Assembly (NCBI GenBank): GCA_902636075.1
Contig: CACPQM010000005.1
Coordinates: 4,446-68,445, forward strand
From: an uncultured Pelagibacteraceae bacterium
Lineage (GTDB): Bacteria; Pseudomonadota; Alphaproteobacteria; Pelagibacterales; Pelagibacteraceae
Direction: 5' to 3'
Length of the DNA stretch: 64,000 nucleotides
Shown: one piece after another, positions 1-10,713 of the stretch
Layout of the letters: the number at the start of each line of letters is the position of its first letter
How positions within the stretch are numbered: the first letter of the stretch is position 1
Notes under the pieces: model-generated
What the model was told of the DNA's origin: nothing
The model's input: the letters and a program-made list of their open reading frames with translations, nothing else
The model's database searches: none
Position numbers and translations under genes: made by a program

Positions 1-755
1 ATTTTATTAAAGAATCTAATATAGATTTCTTACCAAAATTAATATCTGAGAAAAAATTTATTAATGTTGTTCAAAATCTTACAATATTTGTAGAAGAGTA
101 TATGAAAGGTGGAGAATTAAAAAAAATTTATATTAATGAGAAAATTGATAAAGAAAAATCAAAAATTATTGTTGCTGATAGTGGTAAGATTATTAAAAAA
201 AGTGATAAATATATTTTAAGACTTTATGATGGTGGCATTACAAATATAAATATTGATAAAACTTTTGCTATTAATTTTTCAGAGACTGATTACGATTTAT
301 CAAATTTTTCTACTAAAACTGTAACCGTAACTAAAATTCAAGAGATAGATACCAAAATCTTATTCTTATGTGTTAAAGATTTACTTTTAAATGAAAAAAT
401 AGATGAAAATAAGTATATTATAAATTCTGAAATCAAAATGTGTAATAATCGGACAGTAAAATCTATTATTGAAGAATTATACAAAAGAATTATTATGCCT
501 TTTTATACTTTAATTATATCATTAGTTGGCGCAAGTTTATTAATTAATCCTAAATCAAATTTTTTTTTCAAATCTCACAAATTAAATATATTCTTAATAG
601 GCTGTGCTGTAATAATATTATCTCAAATAAGTTTGAACTATTTTTTTATCTCAAATTTATCAAATTATTTTATATTATTATTACCATTAATTTTAGTTGC
701 ATTTTTTTACTTGTTTTTAAGTATAGTCAGTAATTTTAAATTAAATTTATTATGA
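1..755 (+). CDS. lptF: LPS export permease LptF (5' truncated by window edge)
   Basis: Frame is open from position 3 (FIKESNIDFLPKLISEKKF...); LptF/G-type periplasmic domain followed by 3 TM helices; directly precedes lptG-lptD. Confidence 0.8.
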   Translation, partial: FIKESNIDFLPKLISEKKFINVVQNLTIFVEEYMKGGELKKIYINEKIDKEKSKIIVADSGKIIKKSDKYILRLYDGGITNINIDKTFAINFSETDYDLSNFSTKTVTVTKIQEIDTKILFLCVKDLLLNEKIDENKYIINSEIKMCNNRTVKSIIEELYKRIIMPFYTLIISLVGASLLINPKSNFFFKSHKLNIFLIGCAVIILSQISLNYFFISNLSNYFILLLPLILVAFFYLFLSIVSNFKLNLL

Positions 756-1837
756 TTTTTAAGAAATACCATAACTATCTAACAGGATTATTTTTAAAAA
801 ATATTTTAATAATTTTAATTGTTTTTATATTTTTAAGTTTTTTTTTAAATATTTTTGAAGAAATAAAATATTTTGAAAATAAAGAGAATAATATTTACTA
901 TCCAATAATTCTTACTATTTTAAATATACCATCAATAGTTTTTGAGATTTTGCCGTTTATTTTTTTACTTGGTGTCATGTTTTTTTTTATAAATCTTTTT
1001 GAAAAAGATGAGATAAATTTACTAAGAAATCATGGAATAAATAATTTTAAGATAACCCTTCTTATTTCTATGGTATCTCTGATAATAGGAATCATTTTGA
1101 TTGTTGTTTATTACTCATTTTCAGCGAATTTAAAAAGTTTATATCTAAGCATGAAATATAAATACTCTAATGATGGCGACCATTTAGCAGTAGTTAATGA
1201 AGCTGGTCTATGGATTAAAGAAAAGAATATCGATGATAATATATTCATTATTAACGCGACAAATTATAAAAAAAATAGATTAGGAAATGTATACATTACA
1301 GAATTAGATAAATATTATAAACCAAAGAAAACAATTATTGCATCAGCAGCGAATATATCAGATAAAAATTGGATTCTCAAAGACGTAAAAATTTATTCAA
1401 GTAATAAAAAAACTCAATTATTTTTAAATTACACATATCTGTCTTCTTTTGACGGAAATATTATTTCAAATTTATATTCAAACTTAAGTTCATTAAACAT
1501 ATTACAATTAATTAAACTTCAAAAAAATTATGAAACAATTGGTTATTCTGCTACAGAAGTTAAATTACACTTAAATAAAATTTTAAGTTTGCCATTTTAC
1601 CTAACTCTAACAGCAATAATTGGGGCACTGCTCATGTTTAAGTTTAATTTTATAAAATCAAAATTTTTTTTAGTTGTAATAGGTGTATTAGTTTCAGTTA
1701 TTTTTTACTATTTAAATTACTTTTCTATTTTATTTGGAAAAAATGAAACACTTCCAATTTTAATAGCTGTATGGTTACCACAAGTGATCATGTTTTTGGT
1801 ATGTACAATTGGTTTAACGAGGCTAAATGAAAATTAA
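752..1837 (+). CDS. lptG: LPS export permease LptG
   Basis: 6-TM YjgP/Q architecture, GLWIKE motif, C-terminal AVWLP; sits between lptF and lptD. Confidence 0.85.
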   Translation: MIFKKYHNYLTGLFLKNILIILIVFIFLSFFLNIFEEIKYFENKENNIYYPIILTILNIPSIVFEILPFIFLLGVMFFFINLFEKDEINLLRNHGINNFKITLLISMVSLIIGIILIVVYYSFSANLKSLYLSMKYKYSNDGDHLAVVNEAGLWIKEKNIDDNIFIINATNYKKNRLGNVYITELDKYYKPKKTIIASAANISDKNWILKDVKIYSSNKKTQLFLNYTYLSSFDGNIISNLYSNLSSLNILQLIKLQKNYETIGYSATEVKLHLNKILSLPFYLTLTAIIGALLMFKFNFIKSKFFLVVIGVLVSVIFYYLNYFSILFGKNETLPILIAVWLPQVIMFLVCTIGLTRLNEN

Positions 1838-4235
1838 ATTTATTTCATATTTTTTTTTGTTATTTTGTGTTTTTAATTTGTCAGAAATAAATGCTGATAC
1901 TATATTTTTTGATTCAAAAAATATTCAAATAACAAATGAAGGTAATACTATTTATTCGAATAATAGTATTGCCAACATACCTAATCAAAAAATTTTGATT
2001 AAAGGTGATAGATCTATTTATGATAAGATAAATTCGGAATTAACTGTAATTGGAAATGTAAAATTTTTTGATAACCAAAATGATGTTGTGATTGAGAGTG
2101 AAAAAGCAATATATAAAGAGATAGAAAATATAATTTTTACAAAAGGAAAAACAAATATTAACTTTGAAAATAAGTATGACATGGAATCAGAAGATGTTTT
2201 GTATGATAGAAATTCTAAAATTATTTTAAGCTCTGAAAATACAAAAGTTTTTGATGATCAAAATAATATATATCATTTTATAACTGGTTTCGTTTTTAAT
2301 ACTGTTAGAGAAATTGTATCCTCAAAAGAAACTAATATCATAGATAATGAAAATAACAGTTATGCTTTTGATAATGTAAAAATAAATTTATTAACCAAAG
2401 ATCTTGTTGGTAAAGAGGTAAAAGTTGAATTTAGAGATGATTTTTTTGGAATTGAGAATAATGATCCACAGTTAAAAGGAAAATCTGGCACCTCAAATCC
2501 AAAAAAAACAATAATAAAAAAAGCAGTCTTTAGTACTTGTAATACCGAAAAAAGAAAATGTAGAGGGTGGGAATTACAAAGTGATGAATTCATACATAAT
2601 AAAGTTGAGCAACTGTTCCAATATAAAAATTCATGGCTTAAAGTTTTCAATCAAAAAGTTTTTTTTATGCCTTATTTCAGTCATCCTGACCCCTCTGTTA
2701 AAAGAAAGTCTGGTTTTTTAACCCCTGTATATTCCAGTTCTGATACTTTGGGGCGTGCAATAAATACTCCTTATTTTTATGTTATTTCTGATGCTGAAGA
2801 TATGACTTTTAACCCCAGAATCTATTCAGATAATGATTATATAATTCAATCTGAGTATAGAAGGGCATTTAAAAATTCAAATTTACATGCAGACTTTAGT
2901 TTTAACCAAGATGAAAATAAAACTAATACTCATGCAATTTTGAAACTAAACGGAATTTTAGACCCGACTACTTCTTATGATTTTGAATATCAAAAAACAT
3001 CAAATGCAAATTATTTAAAGATCCATGATTTTTCAAATATACTTGACACAAATCCTTTAGTAGGTTCAATAAATCCAAGTTCACAAAGATCTTTTTTTGA
3101 AATTACTAAACAATTAGATGAAGATACATCTTTGAAATCATCAATTAAAATGTATGAAAATGCTACAGTTGCAAATGATAGTGACCGTTATCAATATATT
3201 TTTCCCGACTTCTCTTTTAATAAATCAGTTGACTTAGATGAAAGTTATCATGGAGTATTTGATTTCGCGTCATCAGGATATCAAAAACTTTACGATACTA
3301 ATATCTATGCTGCAACGATAAATAATAATTTTAATTTTAAATCATTCGATTATTTTACAAATAAGGGTTTATTATCAAATTATAGACTTTCTTTGATAAA
3401 TTCTAATTCATATTCTGAGGATCCAACTTTAACAGATAATAACACTCATGATTTATTTGGTATTTTATCTCTTGTTAGTTCATATCCTTTAAAAAAAGAA
3501 TTTTCTAATTCTACAAATTATATAACTCCAAGAGCACAATTTAAATTTAGTCCTACAAATACAGAAGATAGTTCAAGTGAAAATATTCGTTTAGGATATG
3601 GAAATTTATTTTCAATGAATAGAATTAGGAATACGGCAGTAGAGGAAGGTAGATCACTTACAATAGGTTTAGAATTTGAGAAACAAAATTTTTTAAACGA
3701 AAAAATAGTTAGTTTAAACATTGGAAATGTCATAAAAGATAAAAAAAATTCATCGATGCCTAGTAAATCTAAACTTGATCAAACTAGGTCAGATATCGTC
3801 GGACAATTTGCATATCATTTTAATGAGTATAATAAATTAAGTTATGGTTTTTCGTTAGATAGAGATTTGGATTATTCAAATTATGATTCAATTTCTACAG
3901 AATTAGGTAATAATAAAATTGTGACTAGTTTTGGGTACGTAACAGAGAACCATGATTTTGGAGATAGCGAAACATTATCAAACGAAACTAGTATTAATTT
4001 TAGCAATGAACACTCTCTTAAATTTCAAGCTACAAAAGATTTAAAAACAGACTTTACACAATTTTATGACTTATCTTATAAATATGAAACAGACTGCTTG
4101 CTAGCTACTTTGCAATATAGAAAAAAATTCTTTAGAGATGGTAATCTAGTGCCAGATGAAAGCTTGTACTTTTTAATTAAATTCAAGCCTTTCACATCAA
4201 TAGTTGGGTCTGCAAATACGGTTTTTGAAAAATAG
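1827..4235 (+). CDS. lptD: LPS assembly outer-membrane protein LptD (OstA/Imp)
   Basis: Signal peptide, FSTC motif, PYFSHPDPSVKRKSGFL motif, C-terminal YETDC; canonical lptD-surA-pdxA-rsmA order. Confidence 0.92.
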   Translation: MKIKFISYFFLLFCVFNLSEINADTIFFDSKNIQITNEGNTIYSNNSIANIPNQKILIKGDRSIYDKINSELTVIGNVKFFDNQNDVVIESEKAIYKEIENIIFTKGKTNINFENKYDMESEDVLYDRNSKIILSSENTKVFDDQNNIYHFITGFVFNTVREIVSSKETNIIDNENNSYAFDNVKINLLTKDLVGKEVKVEFRDDFFGIENNDPQLKGKSGTSNPKKTIIKKAVFSTCNTEKRKCRGWELQSDEFIHNKVEQLFQYKNSWLKVFNQKVFFMPYFSHPDPSVKRKSGFLTPVYSSSDTLGRAINTPYFYVISDAEDMTFNPRIYSDNDYIIQSEYRRAFKNSNLHADFSFNQDENKTNTHAILKLNGILDPTTSYDFEYQKTSNANYLKIHDFSNILDTNPLVGSINPSSQRSFFEITKQLDEDTSLKSSIKMYENATVANDSDRYQYIFPDFSFNKSVDLDESYHGVFDFASSGYQKLYDTNIYAATINNNFNFKSFDYFTNKGLLSNYRLSLINSNSYSEDPTLTDNNTHDLFGILSLVSSYPLKKEFSNSTNYITPRAQFKFSPTNTEDSSSENIRLGYGNLFSMNRIRNTAVEEGRSLTIGLEFEKQNFLNEKIVSLNIGNVIKDKKNSSMPSKSKLDQTRSDIVGQFAYHFNEYNKLSYGFSLDRDLDYSNYDSISTELGNNKIVTSFGYVTENHDFGDSETLSNETSINFSNEHSLKFQATKDLKTDFTQFYDLSYKYETDCLLATLQYRKKFFRDGNLVPDESLYFLIKFKPFTSIVGSANTVFEK

Positions 4236-4240
4236 TTGAA

Positions 4241-5164
4241 ATGAAAATTCTAACAATTTTTTTAATTTTGATTTTTTACAATAATTTAACATTTGGAAAT
4301 GAACTTAAAATTAAAGCTAAAGTTAATAATGAAATAATTACAAATATAGATATTAATCATGAAAAAAAATATTTAATTTTTTTGAACCCTAAATTAAAAG
4401 AACTAGATGAAAAAAAAATAAATGAGATAGCAAAAAACTCACTTATTACTGAATTGGTAAAAAAAAAGAAATTAGAAGAATTAGTAGATTTTCAACAAAA
4501 TAGAAAAATTATTGATGTTTTAGAGAAGTCATTTTTAAGAAAAAAAAATATTAAAAATAATGAAGAATATTTAAAAATTTTAAATGAAAGAGATCTTGAT
4601 CATATGAAAATACGCAACAAGTTGTATATAGAGGGTCTATGGAATCAATTAATATATAAAAAATATTTTAACAATGTGAAAATTAACAAAGATGAGTTGA
4701 GGTTGAGAATTATTAACAATTTTAAAAATAAGAAAAAAAAATATGATTACAATCTATCAGAAATAGTTTTTACAGGAAATTCAGAAAATAATATTGAGGA
4801 TTTAATAGATAAAATTAATGAAAGTATTGAGACTATTGGCTTTGAGAATAGTGCTAATATTTTTAGTATTTCGAATACTTCAAAAAATGGTGGTTTAATA
4901 GGATGGATAAGTGAGTTACAAATTTCAGATAAAATAAATCAAAATATAAAAAATCTTGAAATAGATAGTTTTACTAAACCTATTAAAATGTCTGGAGGAT
5001 ATATAATAATCAAAGTAAATGATAAAAAAATTTTTAAAGAAGAAATAAATATTGATGACCAATTAAATAATGTGATTTCACAAGAAACAAATAGACAACT
5101 TAATAATTTTTCAATTATATTTTATAAAAAATTGAAGAAAAACCTAGATATTAATGAATATTAA
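4241..5164 (+). CDS. surA: SurA-like chaperone / parvulin PPIase
   Basis: KVNNEIITNIDI N-terminal motif; parvulin-like S..S..NGG.IGW; synteny. Confidence 0.85.
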   Translation: MKILTIFLILIFYNNLTFGNELKIKAKVNNEIITNIDINHEKKYLIFLNPKLKELDEKKINEIAKNSLITELVKKKKLEELVDFQQNRKIIDVLEKSFLRKKNIKNNEEYLKILNERDLDHMKIRNKLYIEGLWNQLIYKKYFNNVKINKDELRLRIINNFKNKKKKYDYNLSEIVFTGNSENNIEDLIDKINESIETIGFENSANIFSISNTSKNGGLIGWISELQISDKINQNIKNLEIDSFTKPIKMSGGYIIIKVNDKKIFKEEINIDDQLNNVISQETNRQLNNFSIIFYKKLKKNLDINEY

Positions 5165-6116
5165 AGCAATATTAATTGTATTAGGTGAACCAAATACAAC
5201 TTTTTCAGAACTTTTGTTAAAATATTTCAAATCAAACAATTTTAAAAAAAATAAAAAGAAAATAGTTTTGATTGGAAGTAAAGAATTATTTTTAAAACAA
5301 AGTAAAATATTAAATTATAGAATACAATTGAATGAAATATCTAATATTAATCAATCAAAGAGAAATTTAATAAATATAATTAACGTAAATTATAAATTTA
5401 AAAAACCATTTTCTAAAATTAGCAATATTTCAAACAAATATATTTCAAAATGCTTCGACTTAAGCCTTAAAATAATAAAAAAAAATCAAAATTTAGCTTT
5501 AGTTAATGGCCCAATATCTAAAAAACATTTTTTAAAGAAAAAGTATCCAGGGATTACAGAATATATTGCTAAAAAAACATCATCGAAATCCCCTGCAATG
5601 CTAATATATAATAGAAATCTCAGCGTATCACCTTTAACTACACATACACCATTAAAAAATGTATTTAAATTTGTAAAAAAAGACAAAATAAAAAAAAATA
5701 TACTTAAAATAAATAATTTTTATAAAAATTACCTTAATAAAATTCCCAATATTGCTGTACTAGGATTAAATCCTCACTGTGAAACAACTGATAAAATTAG
5801 TGAAGAAAAAAAGGAAATAATCCCAGCAATAAAGATTTTAAAAAGACGTAAAATCAAAGTATCAGGACCATTTTCAGCAGATACTTTTTTTTTAAAAAAA
5901 AATATAATGAAGTTCAATGTAGTAATTGGTATGTACCATGATCAAGTACTTACTCCTATCAAAACTTTATATGAATTTAATGCGATTAACATTACAATAG
6001 GTCTACCTTTTATAAAAGTCACACCAGATCATGGACCAAATTATGAAATGCTTGGAAAAAATAAATCTGACCCTTCATCAATTTTTTATGCACTTAATTT
6101 TTTGAATAAGTTTTAA
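5154..6116 (+). CDS. pdxA: 4-hydroxythreonine-4-phosphate dehydrogenase
   Basis: TTHTPL, GLNPH, MYHDQ and GLPFIKVTPDHG motifs. Confidence 0.92.
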   Translation: MNIKAILIVLGEPNTTFSELLLKYFKSNNFKKNKKKIVLIGSKELFLKQSKILNYRIQLNEISNINQSKRNLINIINVNYKFKKPFSKISNISNKYISKCFDLSLKIIKKNQNLALVNGPISKKHFLKKKYPGITEYIAKKTSSKSPAMLIYNRNLSVSPLTTHTPLKNVFKFVKKDKIKKNILKINNFYKNYLNKIPNIAVLGLNPHCETTDKISEEKKEIIPAIKILKRRKIKVSGPFSADTFFLKKNIMKFNVVIGMYHDQVLTPIKTLYEFNAINITIGLPFIKVTPDHGPNYEMLGKNKSDPSSIFYALNFLNKF

Positions 6117-6907
6117 TGAACTTAATCTTGAAAAAAAGTTTAGGTCAAAATTTTCTTATTGATAAAAAAATTATAAAATTGATAGTAGAAGAAGGAAATA
6201 TTAATAACAATGATAGTGTTATTGAAGTTGGACCAGGTAATGGAGCGTTGACGGAATTTATATTAAAAAAAAAACCAAAAAAATTTATTTTAATAGAAAA
6301 AGATAAAAGACTAGTAAATATTTTGAAAGAAAAATTCAATGAAAATATAATAATATTAAATGAAGATATGATGAAGATTGATTATGAAAATTACTTAACT
6401 AAAAATTTAACTATATTTGGTAATTTACCTTATAATATATCAACACAAATATTAGCTAAATGGATTAAGGTTAATGACTTAGAAAAATTTTGTAAAAAAT
6501 TAGTCCTTATGTTTCAAAAAGAAGTTGCAGACCGAATAATTGCTAAATCAAATACAAAATATTATGGAAGATTATCAATACTGTGTAATTGGAAGATGAA
6601 AATTGAAAAAATAATAGATATAGATCCTGGAAGTTTTAACCCCTCTCCCAAAGTAAAGAGCACAGTATTATCATTAACTCCAAAAAGAAATTTTTATGAA
6701 ATTGATGACCCTAAGAATTTAGAACATGTTACAAATGTTTTTTTTAGTCAAAGAAGAAAAATGGTTAAAAAACCTTTAAAATTTTTATTTGATAATTATG
6801 AGAAAATATCAAATGAATTATCTATTGACTTAAAATTAAGACCTCAAAATTTAAATCATCTAACTTATTACGAAATTTGCAAACTCTACGAAAAATCAAT
6901 CAATTAA
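6116..6907 (+). CDS. rsmA: 16S rRNA dimethyladenosine transferase (KsgA)
   Basis: KSLGQNFL, EVGPGNG, GNLPYNIS and MFQKEVADR motifs. Confidence 0.97.
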   Translation: MNLILKKSLGQNFLIDKKIIKLIVEEGNINNNDSVIEVGPGNGALTEFILKKKPKKFILIEKDKRLVNILKEKFNENIIILNEDMMKIDYENYLTKNLTIFGNLPYNISTQILAKWIKVNDLEKFCKKLVLMFQKEVADRIIAKSNTKYYGRLSILCNWKMKIEKIIDIDPGSFNPSPKVKSTVLSLTPKRNFYEIDDPKNLEHVTNVFFSQRRKMVKKPLKFLFDNYEKISNELSIDLKLRPQNLNHLTYYEICKLYEKSIN

Positions 6908-7528
6908 GTAATCAATATGTTTTTTAATTGTGTTTTTGTTGTAACTTAATGTTAACTTTTTTTGATTAGAATTAATATAATTGATAATTAAATTATAACA
7001 TTTTTCAACTTTATCATTTATTACTGCAAAATCATAATCCTTCCAATGCAAAACATCCTTTTTAAATTGTTTCATTCTTTCATTTGCAATTTTTTTATCT
7101 TTCCTGTCTCTCTTTAATAATCTTCTAAATAATTCTTTTTTTGAAGGTGGCAGAATAAATATAGTGATAATTTGATATTTTAACTTTTTACTTTTAATTT
7201 GCTTAGTTCCTTGCCAATCAATATCAAATATAACATTTTCGCCCTTGTTTAATTTATCAAATACATTTTTTTTTAATGATCCATAATAATTTTTGAACAC
7301 TTTAGCGTGCTCTAAAAACTTATTTTTTTTAATTAATTTTTTAAATTCTGTATTGTTGACAAAGAAATAATCTTTGCCATTTCTTTCGTTAGATCTTGGC
7401 TCTCTAGTAGTATGTGAAATTGAAATTTTATAATTTTTTTTTGATGAAATTTTTTTTACTAAAGTAGTTTTACCAGCGCCTGAAGGAGAAGATAATATTA
7501 TAATTATCCCTGCTTTTTTTTCGGCCAT
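6896..7528 (-). CDS. gmk: Guanylate kinase
   Basis: SSPSGAGKTT P-loop, SHTTREPR, DIDWQG. Confidence 0.97.
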   Translation of the reverse strand: MAEKKAGIIIILSSPSGAGKTTLVKKISSKKNYKISISHTTREPRSNERNGKDYFFVNNTEFKKLIKKNKFLEHAKVFKNYYGSLKKNVFDKLNKGENVIFDIDWQGTKQIKSKKLKYQIITIFILPPSKKELFRRLLKRDRKDKKIANERMKQFKKDVLHWKDYDFAVINDKVEKCYNLIINYINSNQKKLTLSYNKNTIKKHIDYLID

Positions 7529-7540
7529 TTAAGTAAAAAA

Positions 7541-7780
7541 TTAGTTTGCTTTATTTTCTATAAATTTAACTGCGTCACCCACAGTTAAAATTTTTTCTGC
7601 ATCACTATCAGATATTTCAGATCCGAACTCTTCCTCGAAAGCCATGACTAACTCCACTGTATCTAAACTATCTGCACCTAAATCATCTATAAAGCTAGAA
7701 TCTTCATTCACTTTAGCCTCATCTATACCTAAATGATCTGCAACTATTTTTTTTACCTTACTTGAAATATCTTCTGACAT
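7541..7780 (-). CDS. acpP: Acyl carrier protein
   Basis: [20 protein letters not shown] phosphopantetheine site. Confidence 0.99.
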   Translation of the reverse strand: MSEDISSKVKKIVADHLGIDEAKVNEDSSFIDDLGADSLDTVELVMAFEEEFGSEISDSDAEKILTVGDAVKFIENKAN

Positions 7781-7824
7781 TTTTTCCTTTACTTAATTTG
7801 TTAATAAATATTTTATTAATTTTG

Positions 7825-8562
7825 TCAACTAAAATACATTCCACCATTAACATGTACTGTTTCACCTGTAATATAGTCAGAAAGATTAGAACTTAGAAAA
7901 GCAATTGTATTTGCCACATCGTCAGGATTACCAAATTTATTAAGTGAAATTCTAGATTTTAATAGCTCTGTATGTGCATCACTAATTTTGTCAGTCATAT
8001 CTGACATGATAAAACCTGGTGATACACAATTTACAGTAATATTTTTTTTTCCATACTCTAGAGCTAGACTTTTTGTCATGGCTACTATACCTGCTTTTGA
8101 TGCTGCATAATTTGCTTGTCCTATATTACCTGAATGACCAACTACAGATGTAACATTTATTATCTTGCCACTTTTGGTTTTAAGCATTTTTTTAATAACA
8201 TTCTTAGAAATTAGAAATGTTGAGGTAAGATTAATATCAATTACTCTTTTCCATTCTTCTTCTTTCATTCTTATCGATAAATTATCCAGGGTTATTCCAG
8301 CATTATTAACCAATACATCAATTTTATTCGATAAAATTTTATTACAATTTTCTATAAACTCTTCTATTTTAGAATGATCAGATATATCAAACTTTAAAAT
8401 ATTTACATTTTTATATTTATCTTGAATTTTGTTGAGTTTATCTTCGTTAGTACCTGTTGCTATAATATTTGATCCAACTGATACGAGTTTATTTAAAATT
8501 GAATTACCTATCACGCCTGTAGCGCCTGTAAGAATTATATTTAGGTTTTTTAAATCTATCAT
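7825..8562 (-). CDS. fabG: 3-oxoacyl-ACP reductase
   Basis: NNAGIT and GQANYAASK motifs; between fabD and acpP. Confidence 0.96.
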   Translation of the reverse strand: MIDLKNLNIILTGATGVIGNSILNKLVSVGSNIIATGTNEDKLNKIQDKYKNVNILKFDISDHSKIEEFIENCNKILSNKIDVLVNNAGITLDNLSIRMKEEEWKRVIDINLTSTFLISKNVIKKMLKTKSGKIINVTSVVGHSGNIGQANYAASKAGIVAMTKSLALEYGKKNITVNCVSPGFIMSDMTDKISDAHTELLKSRISLNKFGNPDDVANTIAFLSSNLSDYITGETVHVNGGMYFS

Positions 8563-9479
8563 AAGTTCTCTAAATCACTTATACTATTTACTTGAATTAA
8601 ATTAAGATTTCTATCAATTCTTTTTGCAAGACCAGATAATACCTTTCCAGGTCCAATCTCAATAAATTTTTTACTTCCTGCATTTATCATATTAATTATA
8701 CTCTCTCTCCAACGTACTGGTTTTTCAATTTGTTCTATTAGCAAACTTTTTATTATTTCTGGATCCTTTGATGGTTCTGCAGTTACATTAGAAACTATAC
8801 TATTATCTGGTATTGAAAATTTAATATTTTTTATTTCTTTTTCCATAATATTTGTAGCTGGTTTCATTAAAATACAGTGGAACGGTGCTGAAACAGGTAT
8901 ACTAATATTCTTTATATTTAAATTTTTTAATTCAATTATTAATTTATCTAGTTCATTTATTTTTCCACTTATAACAACTTGTCCATTAGAATTGTCATTA
9001 GCTATAAAACAATTAAATTTATCTTTATTTTCTTTTATTATTTCTTTAATTTTTGTTATATCTTCTCCTAATACAGCAACCATCCCACCTTCATTTTTAG
9101 GAACAGCATTCTGCATTGCCTTTCCTCTAAGTTTTAAAAGTTTTAATGTTTCAACAAAACTTATAACTCCTGAACAAGCAAGAGCTGAATATTCTCCTAA
9201 AGAATGTCCTGCAAAAAAATTTGCTTTATTTATTTCAAATGATGTTTCCTTTCTTATTACTTGAAATATTGCATAACTTACTAAAAAAATAGCTGGTTGG
9301 GTATTTTCTGTCTGATCCAGTAATTCTTTTGGTCCATTAAAAATTATTTTGCTAATAGATAAATTTAGTTCATCATCTGCTTGGTCAAAAAAATCTTTTA
9401 CGTAGTCAAAATTTTCATAAAGTTCCCTTATCATTCCTACTGATTGGGAGCCTTGTCCTGGAAATAAAACAGAAAACAT
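8559..9479 (-). CDS. fabD: Malonyl-CoA:ACP transacylase
   Basis: FPGQGSQ, GHSLGEYSAL and VSAPFH motifs. Confidence 0.98.
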   Translation of the reverse strand: MFSVLFPGQGSQSVGMIRELYENFDYVKDFFDQADDELNLSISKIIFNGPKELLDQTENTQPAIFLVSYAIFQVIRKETSFEINKANFFAGHSLGEYSALACSGVISFVETLKLLKLRGKAMQNAVPKNEGGMVAVLGEDITKIKEIIKENKDKFNCFIANDNSNGQVVISGKINELDKLIIELKNLNIKNISIPVSAPFHCILMKPATNIMEKEIKNIKFSIPDNSIVSNVTAEPSKDPEIIKSLLIEQIEKPVRWRESIINMINAGSKKFIEIGPGKVLSGLAKRIDRNLNLIQVNSISDLENL

Positions 9480-9563
9480 AGAAAATATAAGTAAAAATCT
9501 TATTTTTTATATTGTAATTAAAAACTTATAATAGTATATCCTCTCTTTTTTGAAAGAAATATT

Positions 9564-9908
9564 ATGAACTTATATGAGCATACAATTATAGCTAGACAAG
9601 ATGTTAGTCCCGCTCAATTGAAACAATTAGAAGATAAGTATTCAAAGATTGTTGAAAAATATGATGGAAACATTGTGAAATTAGAAAATTGGGGGTTAAT
9701 GAATTTGGCTTATTTGATAAAAAAAAATAAAAAGGGAAACTATATTCATTTCAAAATAAAGGCCGATGGAAAAATAATATCAGAATTAGAAAAAAATGAA
9801 AAAATCGATAAAAATCTATTAAGATATTTAACAGTAAAAGTAAAAGAATTTGACCTTGAAACTGATTATTTTAAAAAAAATGATGAAAAAGGAATTATAA
9901 ATAAATAG
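9564..9908 (+). CDS. rpsF: 30S ribosomal protein S6
   Basis: YEHTII...[12 protein letters not shown] pattern; rpsF-rpsR-rplI order. Confidence 0.97.
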   Translation: MNLYEHTIIARQDVSPAQLKQLEDKYSKIVEKYDGNIVKLENWGLMNLAYLIKKNKKGNYIHFKIKADGKIISELEKNEKIDKNLLRYLTVKVKEFDLETDYFKKNDEKGIINK

Positions 9909-9916
9909 TTGATGGT

Positions 9917-10186
9917 ATGAAAAAAAGAAATAACAAGAAAAAAACAAAACAAAGTAATTTTGCTAAGTTAAGTATTTTTCAGAACCAAAAATATAAATTT
10001 AAAAAAAAATGTCCACTTTCTGGTAAAAGTGCCCCAATTGTAGATTATAAAAATATAAAATTACTTAAACGATACATCTCAGAAAATGGTAAGATTTTAC
10101 CATCAAGGATTACTTCTGTTAGTCAAAAAAAACAAAGAGAATTATCTTTGTCAATTAAAAGAGCTCGAAATTTAGCACTCCTATAA
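9917..10186 (+). CDS. rpsR: 30S ribosomal protein S18
   Basis: VDYKN...[13 protein letters not shown]...[10 protein letters not shown]. Confidence 0.97.
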   Translation: MKKRNNKKKTKQSNFAKLSIFQNQKYKFKKKCPLSGKSAPIVDYKNIKLLKRYISENGKILPSRITSVSQKKQRELSLSIKRARNLALL

Positions 10187-10187
10187 T

Positions 10188-10646
10188 ATGAAAGTAATTC
10201 TCTTAGAAAATGTAAGAAAAATTGGATCGATTGGTGAGATAATTGATGTCAAAAGAGGTTTTGCAAGAAATTTTCTAATTTCAAAAAAGAAGGCTTTGTT
10301 TGCATCAAAAGAAAATATTAAAGAAGTTGAAAAAATTAAAATAGAATTAGGAAAAAAAGATCAAGACAAAAAACAAGAAGCTAAAGGAATACAAGAAATT
10401 ATAAAGAATAAGAAATATGAGATTAAAAAGCTTAGTACTGAAAATAAAGAACTTTACGGATCTGTTAAACCAACTGAAATATCAAAACTTTTAGAAGAGA
10501 TTGATAAAGTTAAAATCAACCCATCTTTAATACAACCCTCTGAAGAAATAAAATCTCTTGGTGAGTTTAACGTTTTAATCAATTTACATGCAGAAGTTCA
10601 AACAGAGATTGTAATAAAAACAATTGCTCAAGAAGAGCTAAAATAA
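10188..10646 (+). CDS. rplI: 50S ribosomal protein L9
   Basis: MKVILLE...VKRGFARNFL and LYGSV. Confidence 0.97.
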   Translation: MKVILLENVRKIGSIGEIIDVKRGFARNFLISKKKALFASKENIKEVEKIKIELGKKDQDKKQEAKGIQEIIKNKKYEIKKLSTENKELYGSVKPTEISKLLEEIDKVKINPSLIQPSEEIKSLGEFNVLINLHAEVQTEIVIKTIAQEELK

Positions 10647-10713
10647 TTATACATAATTTTCCCCAGTTACAATTAAGGTTTGTATTTATTATCGTAATCT
10701 ATAAATTCAAATT

